Of a DNA stretch of 64,000 bases, positions 49,798-60,064 are shown piece after piece; the stretch's first letter is position 1; each line of letters starts with the position of its first letter. A model generated the notes under the pieces. It had not been told where the DNA came from and did no database searches. It saw nothing but the letters and a program-made list of their open reading frames with translations. The stretch comes from Patescibacteria group bacterium. GTDB taxonomy: Bacteria; Patescibacteriota; Microgenomatia; UBA1400; PJMF01. The stretch is taken from positions 392,539 to 456,538 of the forward strand of contig BOKX01000001.1 of assembly GCA_016861205.1 (NCBI GenBank), read 5' to 3'. Position numbers and translations under genes: made by a program.

Positions 49798-51000
49798 CTA
49801 GTACTTAACTTCAGTCGTTTTGCCGACCACTGACACCCAAGTTAGACCGCGGTCGAGAACAACTGGCTTACCTTTCTCAGTAAACTGCAGTTCTGATTCA
49901 CGATCCTTCTTTGACCAGGTAGCTTTGATAACTTCACCATTCTTGAAAATCAGCGCATCACCGGTGCCGATCACCTCATACATCATGTGCTTCTTTTCAT
50001 TGAGCGGTCCTTTTTCGGTGGTCAACATTACAATCACGTTATTGGCTGCGATTTGCTTATCGTTGTTCAAGTCTGTGTGAACTTCACCGCCGTGCTTGCG
50101 CAAATACGTGTTGGTGTTGGGATCATAGGTCCACTCGACTGCGTAATCAGAGTAACCGCTCCAGAAGTCATAGGAGATGGTTTGGGCTTGCCCTTTGGCA
50201 CTGCCGTCTTCAAATGTCCAACCAGTGTAACCTTCTTTCCAGTCAGTCCCAGGGATAACTTTGCCGCCCTTACCTTTGAGACTTGGTGACAAGTTTGTCC
50301 AGCCACGCTTAGTTGCGACAGCCCAAAGTTTCTCGGTAGTAGTCACCATAGTATGCTCGGTAGCAATCTCTTTACCAGCAATGCGGTTGTAGTCTCGCAC
50401 AAATGTTGGATAACCGATCGAGAACTGATCCATGTCATTTTGTTGTGTCCAGCCATACTCTCGCAACTGGCCCAAAGCATTGGTCGGTCCATCGATGTTG
50501 GCTCCGCCTACGTGGACATACAGTGGCCGATTAAAACCAGAAGCTAAGTTGACATAGTATGTACGAGCAGACCGGATTGGAGCTAAGGTCGTGTCATAGG
50601 CTTGCACACCACAATAGAAAAAGGCCATAAAGCGGGTCACACCGCCCTCAGCCACTGCTTCAAACACAAGGTCTGCACTCGACAAACCTGATTGCGGTCG
50701 AGCATCAGGAGTGTTTTCGATCATAACAGCTAAAGGTCGTTTCTTTTCCCAGGCTGCCTTCTCAGTGGCTGTGTACATTTTGCCATTCAGAGGACAAACC
50801 TGATCTTTTGGCTCACCAGGGTTGATGGTTAATAAACTAGTTAAAGCTGATGTCTCACCTTCGCCTTCAGACCCGGTTTGCGTCACTTGCTCCATAGCAA
50901 CTTGCGAGGCGCGCTTACTCCAGAGACTCACACCTCCGTACGATACTAGGGCTGACGCCACGTACAAAATAAGCAGAAGCAGGAGTGTCTTTTTGGTCAT
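49798..51000 (-). CDS. DUF3048 (YerB-like) exported protein
   Basis: CPLNG, RPLAVMIEN...ARPQSGL..AD.VFE...EGGVTRF, PIRSAR. Confidence 0.88.
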   Translation of the reverse strand: MTKKTLLLLLILYVASALVSYGGVSLWSKRASQVAMEQVTQTGSEGEGETSALTSLLTINPGEPKDQVCPLNGKMYTATEKAAWEKKRPLAVMIENTPDARPQSGLSSADLVFEAVAEGGVTRFMAFFYCGVQAYDTTLAPIRSARTYYVNLASGFNRPLYVHVGGANIDGPTNALGQLREYGWTQQNDMDQFSIGYPTFVRDYNRIAGKEIATEHTMVTTTEKLWAVATKRGWTNLSPSLKGKGGKVIPGTDWKEGYTGWTFEDGSAKGQAQTISYDFWSGYSDYAVEWTYDPNTNTYLRKHGGEVHTDLNNDKQIAANNVIVMLTTEKGPLNEKKHMMYEVIGTGDALIFKNGEVIKATWSKKDRESELQFTEKGKPVVLDRGLTWVSVVGKTTEVKY

Positions 51001-51061
51001 GATTAGTTCGCTTTCAACCCGATAGTTGTACCACGATTTACTACTCAACTACAAGCAACGA

Positions 51062-51322
51062 TTACGGTCGCCAAAGTGCAATCCCTACAATGATAACAAT
51101 AATTAGGGCTGTCAACAGCACGGTTTTCAGTAAGTCACGGTAAATCAAATTGACTGGGTAACCAAAGACTGACTGCATAGCCTGAGCTAGGTTGTGGCTA
51201 GCTTGAACAGGTGTTTGACTTGGGGCTGTGTGTTGGTCCGCACTGTGAATTACCACCGGACCGCTGCTTTGACGCCGAGCGGCCGCTTTGATTTTGGCGA
51301 GGCGAGTTCGATTACGAGCCAT
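51062..51322 (-). CDS. Small hypothetical membrane protein
   Basis: Basic N-terminus, IYRDLLKT, C-terminal TM; overlaps the rseP stop. Confidence 0.6.
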   Translation of the reverse strand: MARNRTRLAKIKAAARRQSSGPVVIHSADQHTAPSQTPVQASHNLAQAMQSVFGYPVNLIYRDLLKTVLLTALIIVIIVGIALWRP

Positions 51323-52427
51323 ATACAATCCTTACTACATCTCGCGCTGTCACAGCCAAGATTAGTCCAATTAAAACGATAAAACCACCGTAATGGATTT
51401 GAGCTTCCCAGTTGGCAAGTCTTTTTTTGCCAATCACTGGTTCAAGCAAAATAAATACTGCCCGACCACCATCGAGTGCGGGAATTGGCAACACATTCAT
51501 GATAGCGAGATTGACTGATAGCATACCCGCAAAGTACAGCATGGCTAGCCACCCCTGGCTGAAAACATTATTAACCTGGGCTTGGTGCACGATACCAACT
51601 GGCCCACTCAATTCCTTTGGTAACTGTCCACGAGTAAAACCTTCCACTACGGCCTGACGCAGCGCCATGAGCATGTCACCACCCAACTCCACCGCCTGTT
51701 GCAAACCGTACCAAGTACCTCGCAGCGGCATCTCGTACCATGGATAAAACTGTAACGTCACTGACTCGAAAGCGATGCCAATTGCTCCCTGCCCGGCTGG
51801 TGTTTGTTCCGGCGTCCGTGCGTACACCGTATAGTTTTGGACAAGTTCCTGGCATCCTTGGGCGGTACAACTGCCAGTTGTGGCTATGTGGATGTTTTGA
51901 CCTCGATGTGAGTTGATAAATTGAATAGCCGACTCAACACTCGGTTGGCTCACTGTTTCATCCCCGACGGTCAGAGCCACCAACTCGACGTTAGCTGGCA
52001 AGCCAGCTGTTGCAGCTGGCGACTCGGGCTGAACTAGGCCGATTCGGGCAGTTTTCAATGGGGTAGGAATACCCATAGTTGAAAAAACGACCGCAAAGGC
52101 GAGCACCCCAAACATAAAGTTGACCGCTGCACCAGCCAAGATCACCGCTAATCGTTGAGGGGCAGATTTTACTTGCAGTGATTTTTGAGACAACGTGGTT
52201 TCGCCGGGGACCGCATCTTCACCTTCCATCTTCACGAACCCACCAAAGGGAATCCAGTTGAGACTAAACAAAGTTCCCCACCATGTACCAAGCTTCAGAG
52301 CCCGAGGTGGATAACCAAGTCCAAACTCTTCCACTTTGACACCACACCACTTTGCTACCAGGTAGTGACCAAGTTCATGAATCACAACCAGGAACGATAA
52401 GATGATGATGAAGATAAGTGCAGACAT
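51312..52427 (-). CDS. rseP: Site-2 (M50) intramembrane zinc protease RseP
   Basis: HELGH, GGFVKM, AG..VN, NVLPIPALDGGR. Confidence 0.93.
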   Translation of the reverse strand: MSALIFIIILSFLVVIHELGHYLVAKWCGVKVEEFGLGYPPRALKLGTWWGTLFSLNWIPFGGFVKMEGEDAVPGETTLSQKSLQVKSAPQRLAVILAGAAVNFMFGVLAFAVVFSTMGIPTPLKTARIGLVQPESPAATAGLPANVELVALTVGDETVSQPSVESAIQFINSHRGQNIHIATTGSCTAQGCQELVQNYTVYARTPEQTPAGQGAIGIAFESVTLQFYPWYEMPLRGTWYGLQQAVELGGDMLMALRQAVVEGFTRGQLPKELSGPVGIVHQAQVNNVFSQGWLAMLYFAGMLSVNLAIMNVLPIPALDGGRAVFILLEPVIGKKRLANWEAQIHYGGFIVLIGLILAVTARDVVRIVYGS

Positions 52428-52434
52428 GACAGAT

Positions 52435-52989
52435 TTAAATAGTCATCAGCTCGGCTTCTTTTTCGCTAGCCCAAGTGTCAAGCTCAGCCAAAGCTGCTTT
52501 GGTTTTAGTTTCCAACTGCTCTATCCAAGCCTTAATTTGGTCCTCACTGACCCCACTTTCAGACTTCATTTGTTCGATGTCCTTCTTGGTATCGGTTCTG
52601 ATTGTGCGAATCATAACGCGACCAGCCTCGATTTTTTGATGCAGGACTTTCACCAGTTCCTTGCGGCGCTCTTCAGTCAAAGCTGGTACGACGATGCGAA
52701 TCACTTGGCCATCCACAACTGGACTCAAGTTCAGCCCAGCACTAGCAATGGCCTTCTCAACGTTGGCTAGTAAACTTTTGTCCCAAGGAGTTACGATCAA
52801 CATGTGGGCATCTGGGGCACTTACATTGGCAACTTCGTGAATCTTGAGCTGCGTCCCATAGGCTTCAACAACAACTGGGTCCAGTAACTGAGTAGTAGCT
52901 CGACCGGTTCGCAAGGTACTTAGGTCCTGCCGAAGGTGAACCTTAGCTTTATCGACTTTTTGATCAAAGTCTGCAAATGAAAACATCAT
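52435..52989 (-). CDS. frr: Ribosome recycling factor
   Basis: LRTGRA, V.AYG, PWDK, P.LTEERRKELVK; SD GAGGAG before ATG 52989. Confidence 0.96.
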   Translation of the reverse strand: MMFSFADFDQKVDKAKVHLRQDLSTLRTGRATTQLLDPVVVEAYGTQLKIHEVANVSAPDAHMLIVTPWDKSLLANVEKAIASAGLNLSPVVDGQVIRIVVPALTEERRKELVKVLHQKIEAGRVMIRTIRTDTKKDIEQMKSESGVSEDQIKAWIEQLETKTKAALAELDTWASEKEAELMTI

Positions 52990-53114
52990 AGAACTCCTCT
53001 GTTGGCTAATTGTACCAGACTTTGTGTACCAGTTGCGGTCGTCGCTTGTTGCTCGAGACAAGGCCAGATGTATGATGAAACAGGCGTGAACTACCATGCT
53101 ATACTCAGCCGGTC

Positions 53115-53978
53115 ATGTGGATAACTGTTTTTCGTTCAACATTAATTGCCAGTTTGACTGACACACGGTTTTACCGGTGGCTGAGAACCCAGAAACTTCG
53201 GTTCAGTTGGCTGTTTTGGTTCACTGCCTATATTCTTGTGATCCTCCCGCTCGTCACACTGCAAGTCTGGTGGCGTTGGCTACCAGTTTGGGACGCACAG
53301 CTCGACAAAACCTTTCAAGAACTCGAGACTCGGTTCCCCTATGACCTTGAACTGAGTTGGGACACCCGACGCTTGAGCTTTAACCCGGTACAACCAGTCA
53401 CCCTTCCATATCCCGCGGCCGTGACCGTACCTCGATCCGGTGAGTACCCCTACACTCTCGCGTACCTGACCCCCAATGAACAACCACCTTGGGAACAAAG
53501 CAACTTGCCCAGTACTTGGGTCGTCATCACCCCACAGACCGCCTGGATTTACGACAGTACACAAACTTGGTCACAACTGTCATTGAGTGAGCTGCCTGGC
53601 ATGGATCAAGCGTGGGTACTCAACAAACAGACCCTTCCTGAGTGGATGACGGCCATCCGGCGAGAAGCAGCGGCGCTATCTTTCCAGTTGCGATGGCTAC
53701 TGCCGCTGGTTCTTGTGATCGGTCTGATGCTCGCTCGACTGTGGACTGCCCTGATTGTTGCAATTTTGATGTCAGTTTTAACCAGGTTTAACCATTGGCC
53801 ATGGAGTTTCCGACAGTTGTGGCAAGTGATGCTACATCTCATGGTCGCCGCTGAAATAACCGCGCAAGTTGCTAGTTTGCTCTATCAGGACTTACCATTC
53901 CAAATTTTTGGCTTGGTCCTGTGGTTGGGCAGCGGATACATTATCCTGAGCTCATTACGCCGACCTGTCAGTGTTTAG
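53115..53978 (+). CDS. Hypothetical membrane protein (DUF1189-like topology)
   Basis: One N-terminal TM, an external loop, three C-terminal TMs. Confidence 0.6.
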   Translation: MWITVFRSTLIASLTDTRFYRWLRTQKLRFSWLFWFTAYILVILPLVTLQVWWRWLPVWDAQLDKTFQELETRFPYDLELSWDTRRLSFNPVQPVTLPYPAAVTVPRSGEYPYTLAYLTPNEQPPWEQSNLPSTWVVITPQTAWIYDSTQTWSQLSLSELPGMDQAWVLNKQTLPEWMTAIRREAAALSFQLRWLLPLVLVIGLMLARLWTALIVAILMSVLTRFNHWPWSFRQLWQVMLHLMVAAEITAQVASLLYQDLPFQIFGLVLWLGSGYIILSSLRRPVSV

Positions 53979-54367
53979 CGTTGATTCCGGGGTAACTCGT
54001 CGAGACGAAGTTCCATGTCAACTTGAGGAAAACTGAGTGATTGGCGAGCTGGGTCAGCCGCTTCTAACTCGGTCTTGAGGGCCTGAATCCGAGCAGGCCA
54101 ACCAGATAGTGGAGTCGTAGAGGCAGTGGGCAGCGGTGTCTCTGATACTCGATTTGGAGTAGATCTTTGTCCTGATAGTAACCACATCATGGCACCTACC
54201 AACACCAAAACCAAACTGACACCCATACCAACAATGCCAAACAACTTCCGCTGCGTGGCTTTTTTTGCTTGCGCCTCGGCTTCTGTTATCGGCTGGTATA
54301 CCGACTCAAAAAGTGGTTCTTCAGCTCCAAACTCAGTCTGATGGTCGGGGACAAAATCTTGGTTCAT
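53975..54367 (-). CDS. Hypothetical single-TM protein
   Basis: Central TM, Pro/Thr linker, short coiled coil. Confidence 0.65.
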   Translation of the reverse strand: MNQDFVPDHQTEFGAEEPLFESVYQPITEAEAQAKKATQRKLFGIVGMGVSLVLVLVGAMMWLLSGQRSTPNRVSETPLPTASTTPLSGWPARIQALKTELEAADPARQSLSFPQVDMELRLDELPRNQR

Positions 54368-54378
54368 AAAACTTCCGG

Positions 54379-55260
54379 TCAGACACTGCCTTTAATCAAC
54401 TCTTCTAAGTACGATAAAACTTGAGACAACTGAGTAAAAGCTGGTGTTAAGTTTCTGACGACTTGGTTGAACGTCGAAGAGTTGTGTCGGCCAGCGTGTG
54501 ACACAAACTCAGTATCGACTTCGGTAAACAGACCTTGAGCGGTATCGAGCGCTCGGAATGTTTCGACAAAAGCCCGATCTCGCTCAGCTTGTCGCAATGG
54601 ATTAGTGGCATCTGCCGATGTGCTCTGTAACTCCATCGTCGCCGCATTCGTGCGATCGTAGACTACCCGCAATCGACCGATGCTCAGCAAACTCAGGACC
54701 CGGTAACTGACCTCTTCAACTCGCGGTCTTAAACTGACAAAACTCAGGACAGCACCAGCCAAATCATCTCGACTCTCAATGCGGTCAGCAATCTGGCCAT
54801 ACGTTTCCACATCAGCCGTAAGTTGGGTCAAGTCCTCGATAGCCTGCTCTTTTAAGCTCACTTCGATACCTTGAGCATCGCGGAGAGATAAGTCCAAAAT
54901 GTCAAAATAGGCTAGCAAAACTTCATTGCGAGCGACCAAAGCTACTCGGCCTGCCTTAACAGCAGTTTCTAGTGAGGCCAAAGTATTGAGCTGTTTGTAC
55001 TGCTGTTTGGCAATCGAAAACTCCCGTTCAGTCGTTAAGTACGTCGCGAACAACGCTCGATACGTGACTTTCTTGGCTTCAAGCTCAGCCTCAATGTCAG
55101 GTGCTTCGTTAATGTTTAATGCCTCATCTGTCAGCTGGGGCTCCGCAAACGTTTCGCCAGTCATAGGCGTCGCTGTCGGTTCTTGTGCCATCGCCATGGG
55201 GACCAGCATCGCAAAAGCGATGATGGTGACACTCAAGCCGATGAGCAGGTTTTTGGTCAT
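54379..55260 (-). CDS. Hypothetical exported helical protein
   Basis: Signal peptide ending AMA-Q; coiled-coil-like body. Confidence 0.7.
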   Translation of the reverse strand: MTKNLLIGLSVTIIAFAMLVPMAMAQEPTATPMTGETFAEPQLTDEALNINEAPDIEAELEAKKVTYRALFATYLTTEREFSIAKQQYKQLNTLASLETAVKAGRVALVARNEVLLAYFDILDLSLRDAQGIEVSLKEQAIEDLTQLTADVETYGQIADRIESRDDLAGAVLSFVSLRPRVEEVSYRVLSLLSIGRLRVVYDRTNAATMELQSTSADATNPLRQAERDRAFVETFRALDTAQGLFTEVDTEFVSHAGRHNSSTFNQVVRNLTPAFTQLSQVLSYLEELIKGSV

Positions 55261-55268
55261 GCGCAAAT

Positions 55269-55985
55269 CTAGGCGGCGCGACTTCTGTCTCGCGCAAATA
55301 CAATGGCTTCAAATAGTGACTCAAATGTACCAGTGTCCAGCCATTTTCCTTCTACAAATGCTACATCTAAGCTACCTTCTTGCAGATAAACGTTATTGAG
55401 ATCAGTAATTTCTAGTTCACCGCGAGCTGATGGCTGGAGATTCTTCACTTTCTCCACCACAGTCGAGTCATAGATGTATAAACCGGTGACCGCATAGTTC
55501 GACTTTGGCTCAGTCGGCTTCTCCACGATCGACAGGGCCCGACGTTGATCATCAAACTCGACCACCCCAAACCGCTCTGGATCTGTCACTTCTTTGGCAA
55601 AAATACGACCACCAGACTTGAAACTGCGAATCGCATCACTGAAGTCATCTTCAAACAAGTTGTCACCTAAAATCAGCGTGACGCTGTCATTGCCGATAAA
55701 GTTTTGACCAATGATGAAAGCTTGGGCTAAACCGTCTGGTTTGTCCTGAATCTCATAGGTGAACTTGCATCCAAATTCTTGACCACTACCCAGCAACTTC
55801 AAGAAGTCACCTGCATGATCGGGGGCCACAATGATGAGAATGTCTTTGATACCAGCCTTGAGGAGTGTCTCAAGAGGATAAAAAATCATGGGTTTGTCGT
55901 AAATCGGCAACAACTGTTTACTGGTGACTTTTGTCAACGGTCGCAACCGAGTGCCTGAACCACCTGCCAGAATAATACCTTTCAT
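55269..55985 (-). CDS. rfbA: Glucose-1-phosphate thymidylyltransferase (short form)
   Basis: [15 protein letters not shown]...[36 protein letters not shown]. Confidence 0.92.
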   Translation of the reverse strand: MKGIILAGGSGTRLRPLTKVTSKQLLPIYDKPMIFYPLETLLKAGIKDILIIVAPDHAGDFLKLLGSGQEFGCKFTYEIQDKPDGLAQAFIIGQNFIGNDSVTLILGDNLFEDDFSDAIRSFKSGGRIFAKEVTDPERFGVVEFDDQRRALSIVEKPTEPKSNYAVTGLYIYDSTVVEKVKNLQPSARGELEITDLNNVYLQEGSLDVAFVEGKWLDTGTFESLFEAIVFARDRSRAA

Positions 55986-56042
55986 AAATCTTTGGTCCTT
56001 TCACCATGTGACGTTAGTGTGAGTGTATCACACTGGTCACCA

Positions 56043-56300
56043 TTACAACGTCATTGCCAACAAACCGATACCGGCCAAACTGGCCACCCCTAAATACTCA
56101 TAAAAAACTTGCTTAGTGAGGGTTTGGGTCTTTACGTGCGTACTCACTCCCCACATCAGGTAAAACGCCGCCATAGCTATGCTCACTACTCGAAGCGGAC
56201 CGCGGTTTGGCCAGGCTCCTAAAAATAAAATAACAAAAGCCGCCAAACCTAACAGCAACGAGACATATGCCCACCGGTGTTTACGCAGTTCCAACCACAT
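56043..56300 (-). CDS. Small 3-TM hypothetical protein
   Basis: 85 aa hydrophobic; Y..WG..H..EY; TAATG coupling to the CAP gene. Confidence 0.7.
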   Translation of the reverse strand: MWLELRKHRWAYVSLLLGLAAFVILFLGAWPNRGPLRVVSIAMAAFYLMWGVSTHVKTQTLTKQVFYEYLGVASLAGIGLLAMTL

Positions 56301-57256
56301 TAGCCGATAATTCCTCCTCTAAATAAGAGTATCAAGAAACCCACCACAATCAAAAAAGTAATATGGCCGAAGTTATGACCAACCAAACGCATCGTCCGAC
56401 GGTGACCAATGACCGCCAAGTCATAGGTCAGTGTCAGTATGATCATCAAGATTACAGCCAGAAAGAAGACCTTTGTCAGTTGGAGTGGTGAGAAGAGGGG
56501 CGATCGCTCCAAAGAACCTTGTGGGACTAATGCTCGAGCTAAAACAGTAGGCGTTGGTACGAGCTGCGTGACTGGCGCTGGCCGACTCTCAACGGCTACT
56601 AACTGCTCCGCTTGGTCGGTCGCCGGTGCAACTGCAACTTGGTTCGCTTCGGCTGCCGGTAAGACAGTCGGCTGACGAGCCACGGTTTTGCTTGGCTGCC
56701 CAAACATTTGCACCACTAAAGTCGTTTCATAACCTTGCAACGTACCATCGATCACCGCCACTCCAATCTCGGTGTACTTGGGATTGACTACATTCGCTCG
56801 GTGCGTTGGCGAGTCCATCCACGCTTGAACCATATCCGAGGTAACTGAAAAGTCACGTGCTAGATTTTCGCCAGCAGCCTGGTACTCATACCCAGCCTCT
56901 TTCATAAATGCCCATGGCTCTTTGCCCACAGGTGAAGTGTGGGCCCAGTACTGTTGGCTAAACATATCCTGCCCTTTTTTAAGAGCGGCTGCGTTCAACT
57001 CCGCGTTGTAGGTCAGCGCTGGCAATCCTAGTCGGCGGCGTTCTTGATTGGTTTGTTCGATAACTTGTGTCGGTGTAATGTTTGAAGCGTATCCCAAAAC
57101 ACTACCTTGGCTCATCAAGGTTTGCAGTCGCAAACCTGCCAGGAATATAACCCCAAATGATAAGTACACCAGATAAGCCGCTGGGTGCAGTAATCGAGGT
57201 CGATGGTTGTTGGACCGCTGAGGGTGAAACAGGTGGGCCAACGTGGTCAATCGCAT
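56300..57256 (-). CDS. CAP (SCP/PR-1) domain membrane protein
   Basis: TNQER...L..AA..K..DM...YWAH, AGENLA, WMDSPTHRAN, EIGVAV. Confidence 0.9.
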   Translation of the reverse strand: MRLTTLAHLFHPQRSNNHRPRLLHPAAYLVYLSFGVIFLAGLRLQTLMSQGSVLGYASNITPTQVIEQTNQERRRLGLPALTYNAELNAAALKKGQDMFSQQYWAHTSPVGKEPWAFMKEAGYEYQAAGENLARDFSVTSDMVQAWMDSPTHRANVVNPKYTEIGVAVIDGTLQGYETTLVVQMFGQPSKTVARQPTVLPAAEANQVAVAPATDQAEQLVAVESRPAPVTQLVPTPTVLARALVPQGSLERSPLFSPLQLTKVFFLAVILMIILTLTYDLAVIGHRRTMRLVGHNFGHITFLIVVGFLILLFRGGIIG

Positions 57257-57334
57257 AGATAGATCATTATGCCCTAGAAAGTGAGTGGGACTCAAGTCTG
57301 ACAATTGGTTTTGGCTATGCTACGATGAATTTAT

Positions 57335-59452
57335 ATGGCGAAACCAGCTTTGGATCGACTTTTTGCGGCACGGAGTGTAGCGGTGATCGGCGCCAGCCGG
57401 CACCCAGGCAAAGTCGGCAACTCAATTGTCGTTAATCTCAAAAAGAGTGAGTTTCAGGGTCATGTGTACCCTGTCAACCCGGCTGCCAGCAGCGTGGCTG
57501 GTTACCCATGTTACCCGGACATTACAGCAGTCCCCAGTGTTCCAGACGTAGCTGTCGTGGTCGTACCCGCTTCAGTGGTCATTCCGACCGTGAAAGCTTG
57601 TGGCGAGAAAGGCATTCCATTCCTGATTATCATCAGTGCTGGCTTTAAAGAAACTGGTTCTGAAGGTGCTCGCCGGGAACAAGAACTCAAAAGTGTCATT
57701 CAGCAGTACGACATGCGAGTGGTTGGACCAAACTGCTTAGGTGTGTTGAATCCACATCGCCGGTTTAACGCCACGTTTGCCAGCCCACAGGACTTTCCGA
57801 CACCAGGTGGCCTGGCTTTTATCAGCCAATCGGGCGCATTGGGCACTGCTATTCTGGATGTGAGCGTCACAAATCCTCTCTTTGGCTTGAGCAGTTTCGT
57901 GAGTCTTGGCAACAAAGTTGATATAGATGAAGCTGAGTTACTCGAGTACTTTGCCCATGATCCCAAGACCCAAGCCATTGCCTTGTATGTAGAAGGCTTG
58001 ACCGATGGTCAACGCTTTGTCCAGGCAGCTCGCCGAGTATCTCGTGCCAAACCAATCGTCATGCTTAAAAGTGGTCGCTCGAGCTCTGGCCAAAAAGCTA
58101 TCAGCTCTCATACCGGAAGTTTGGCTGGCAACGAAGTTGTGTACGATGTGGCGTTAGCCACTGCTGGGGTCATTCGAGTAACGAGTTTTCAAGAACTGAT
58201 CGATGTCAGCACCGCTGTCACCCACCTACCCCGACTGCGTCAAAACCGAATTGCGATCATTACCAATGCTGGTGGACCGGCCATTTTGGCCACCGATGCT
58301 ATTCAACGACATCCATTAGTTTTGTCGCAGCTGCACAATGTGACCACTCGCCGGCTGGAACGCTTTTTACCCGACACTGCCAGTGTTCATAACCCAATCG
58401 ATATCCTCGGTGACGCACTGAGCGATCGCTATCGTGGTGCTCTCGATATCATTGGACATGATAGCTCCGTTGATGCGGTCCTGGTTATCTTGACCCCCCA
58501 ATCAATGACCGACATTTCTGAAGTTGCTGAAGTGATTGCCGAAACTGCTCGGCGGTTGGCTCGCCCGATCATTGCTTGCTTTATGGGTGAGCGACGGGTA
58601 GAAGTTGGCCGGAAGCTGTTAGCTGAGGCTAAGGTACCAGTTTTTGAAGACCCAGACCAAGCTGTGGCGGCGCTCGCTGGGTTGTACAAACACACGTACC
58701 TGCGTGAAATTGCCAATGAGACATGGCTCGACACTCCCCGTCCTCCATCTTTGGCTACACGTCGGTTACTGGAACTTCCTCCCGAGTCCGAGTCCCTTCG
58801 TCTATCACTGATGCAGTCACTCGATCTGCTCAGAGAAATCGAAATCCCGGTGGCCCGCACGCAAGTTGTGACTTCCCTCACCCAAGCTGAAGAGCTGGCT
58901 ACCCGGTGGCAATGGCCCATCGTTCTCAAGATTGATAGCCCAGATTTAAATCACAAAAGTGACAAAGGCGGAGTGGTGGTGGGCATTCACAACCGAGATG
59001 AGCTCGCAACAGCGTATAAACAGTTGAGCAGTCTGATTGAACAATCAGGCTGGAGTCAAGCTGACATCGTGATCCAAAACCAAGTTACAACGGGACAGCA
59101 GTTTATTGTTGGTGCCCATCAAGATCCAACCTTTGGACCAGTGATTACCGTCGGCCTTGGTGGCATTTATGTGGAAGTGTTCAAAGATGCAGTCAATCAA
59201 CTGGCTCCAGTGAGTGTCAATGAGGCCCGACGCATGTTGGCAAAACTCAAGTCGTACCCGTTACTCAGTGGCGCCCGAGGTCAAGCCAAGGCGGACATCG
59301 CCGGCCTAGCCAAGGTCGTCTCTGCCGTTAGTCACCTGGTTGCTGCTTGTCCTGAGTTGAATCAACTTGACATCAACCCTGTGTTTGTCCAAGATGAGCA
59401 GGTTATTGCTGTTGATGCACGCGTGATTCTGGCCCCAGCTCTGAGAAGATAA
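57335..59452 (+). CDS. Acetate--CoA ligase (ADP-forming), fused alpha/beta
   Basis: SVAVIGAS, GPNCLG, SQSGA, SHTGSLAG, TNAGG, NPIDILGDA, HKSDKGGV, LDINP. Confidence 0.92.
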   Translation: MAKPALDRLFAARSVAVIGASRHPGKVGNSIVVNLKKSEFQGHVYPVNPAASSVAGYPCYPDITAVPSVPDVAVVVVPASVVIPTVKACGEKGIPFLIIISAGFKETGSEGARREQELKSVIQQYDMRVVGPNCLGVLNPHRRFNATFASPQDFPTPGGLAFISQSGALGTAILDVSVTNPLFGLSSFVSLGNKVDIDEAELLEYFAHDPKTQAIALYVEGLTDGQRFVQAARRVSRAKPIVMLKSGRSSSGQKAISSHTGSLAGNEVVYDVALATAGVIRVTSFQELIDVSTAVTHLPRLRQNRIAIITNAGGPAILATDAIQRHPLVLSQLHNVTTRRLERFLPDTASVHNPIDILGDALSDRYRGALDIIGHDSSVDAVLVILTPQSMTDISEVAEVIAETARRLARPIIACFMGERRVEVGRKLLAEAKVPVFEDPDQAVAALAGLYKHTYLREIANETWLDTPRPPSLATRRLLELPPESESLRLSLMQSLDLLREIEIPVARTQVVTSLTQAEELATRWQWPIVLKIDSPDLNHKSDKGGVVVGIHNRDELATAYKQLSSLIEQSGWSQADIVIQNQVTTGQQFIVGAHQDPTFGPVITVGLGGIYVEVFKDAVNQLAPVSVNEARRMLAKLKSYPLLSGARGQAKADIAGLAKVVSAVSHLVAACPELNQLDINPVFVQDEQVIAVDARVILAPALRR

Positions 59453-59476
59453 ACTAGAGAACCCGATCAAGTTACG

Positions 59477-59830
59477 TTAATTTTTGAAGCGCTGTCGCAA
59501 CTCAATGCCAAAGTTGGCAGTTCGGAGCATAGTCGGCCAGTGGTTTGCTGTGGCGATTCTGATGTACTCGGGATCGCTCGTCAAAATTAAGATTTGCTCC
59601 AGTGTGTAGCCTTCGGCCAGCAGCATCGGTATCACTTCCAAAAAGCCGCCTTGTAATCCATCAACGATCACTTGATCATAGCGTTCTTTGCCGAGAGCTT
59701 GGGGTACTTCTTGCGGATGACTGACACCGGTTGTAGTGAAGAGGCCGCGAAAAGCCAACTGATAAATCGTTTCGGTCGTGGACCAATCATCGTCCACGAT
59801 CAGCGCTAATCTGTTTTCAGCATTCGACAT
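59477..59830 (-). CDS. Stand-alone CheY-like receiver-domain protein, atypical
   Basis: LIVDDD, VIVDGL, ILTS; SD AGGAGG; conserved Lys not evident. Confidence 0.7.
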   Translation of the reverse strand: MSNAENRLALIVDDDWSTTETIYQLAFRGLFTTTGVSHPQEVPQALGKERYDQVIVDGLQGGFLEVIPMLLAEGYTLEQILILTSDPEYIRIATANHWPTMLRTANFGIELRQRFKN

Positions 59831-59903
59831 AGTGCCTCCTACTTTATACAGCTACGACAGGAAGCTGATTGTAACAGTCGCTGGTTACCTTAGAAAAGGT
59901 TTA

Positions 59904-60064
59904 GAACTCATTGCAAAACTCGCTTTCGCAGTGAAACAGGGATGGTTTGAGCCAAAAAGGATGTTTCTTAACGCAGGACTAGCTGAGCTAATTCAAGGAG
60001 AAAAACAGCCTTTTTAACCAAAGCAGCGCCTGTTGTAATAGAAATGGAGTTTTGCAATAAGTTC
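59904..60064. mobile_element. 161-bp MITE with 18-bp terminal inverted repeats and TTA target-site duplication
   Basis: TTA|GAACTCATTGCAAAACTC ... GAGTTTTGCAATAAGTTC|TTA (17/18 match); no transposase. Confidence 0.8.

Noticed and set aside
59778-60017. 79-aa plus-strand ORF
   Set aside because: It overlaps the receiver gene antisense and runs into the MITE; no transposase motifs.
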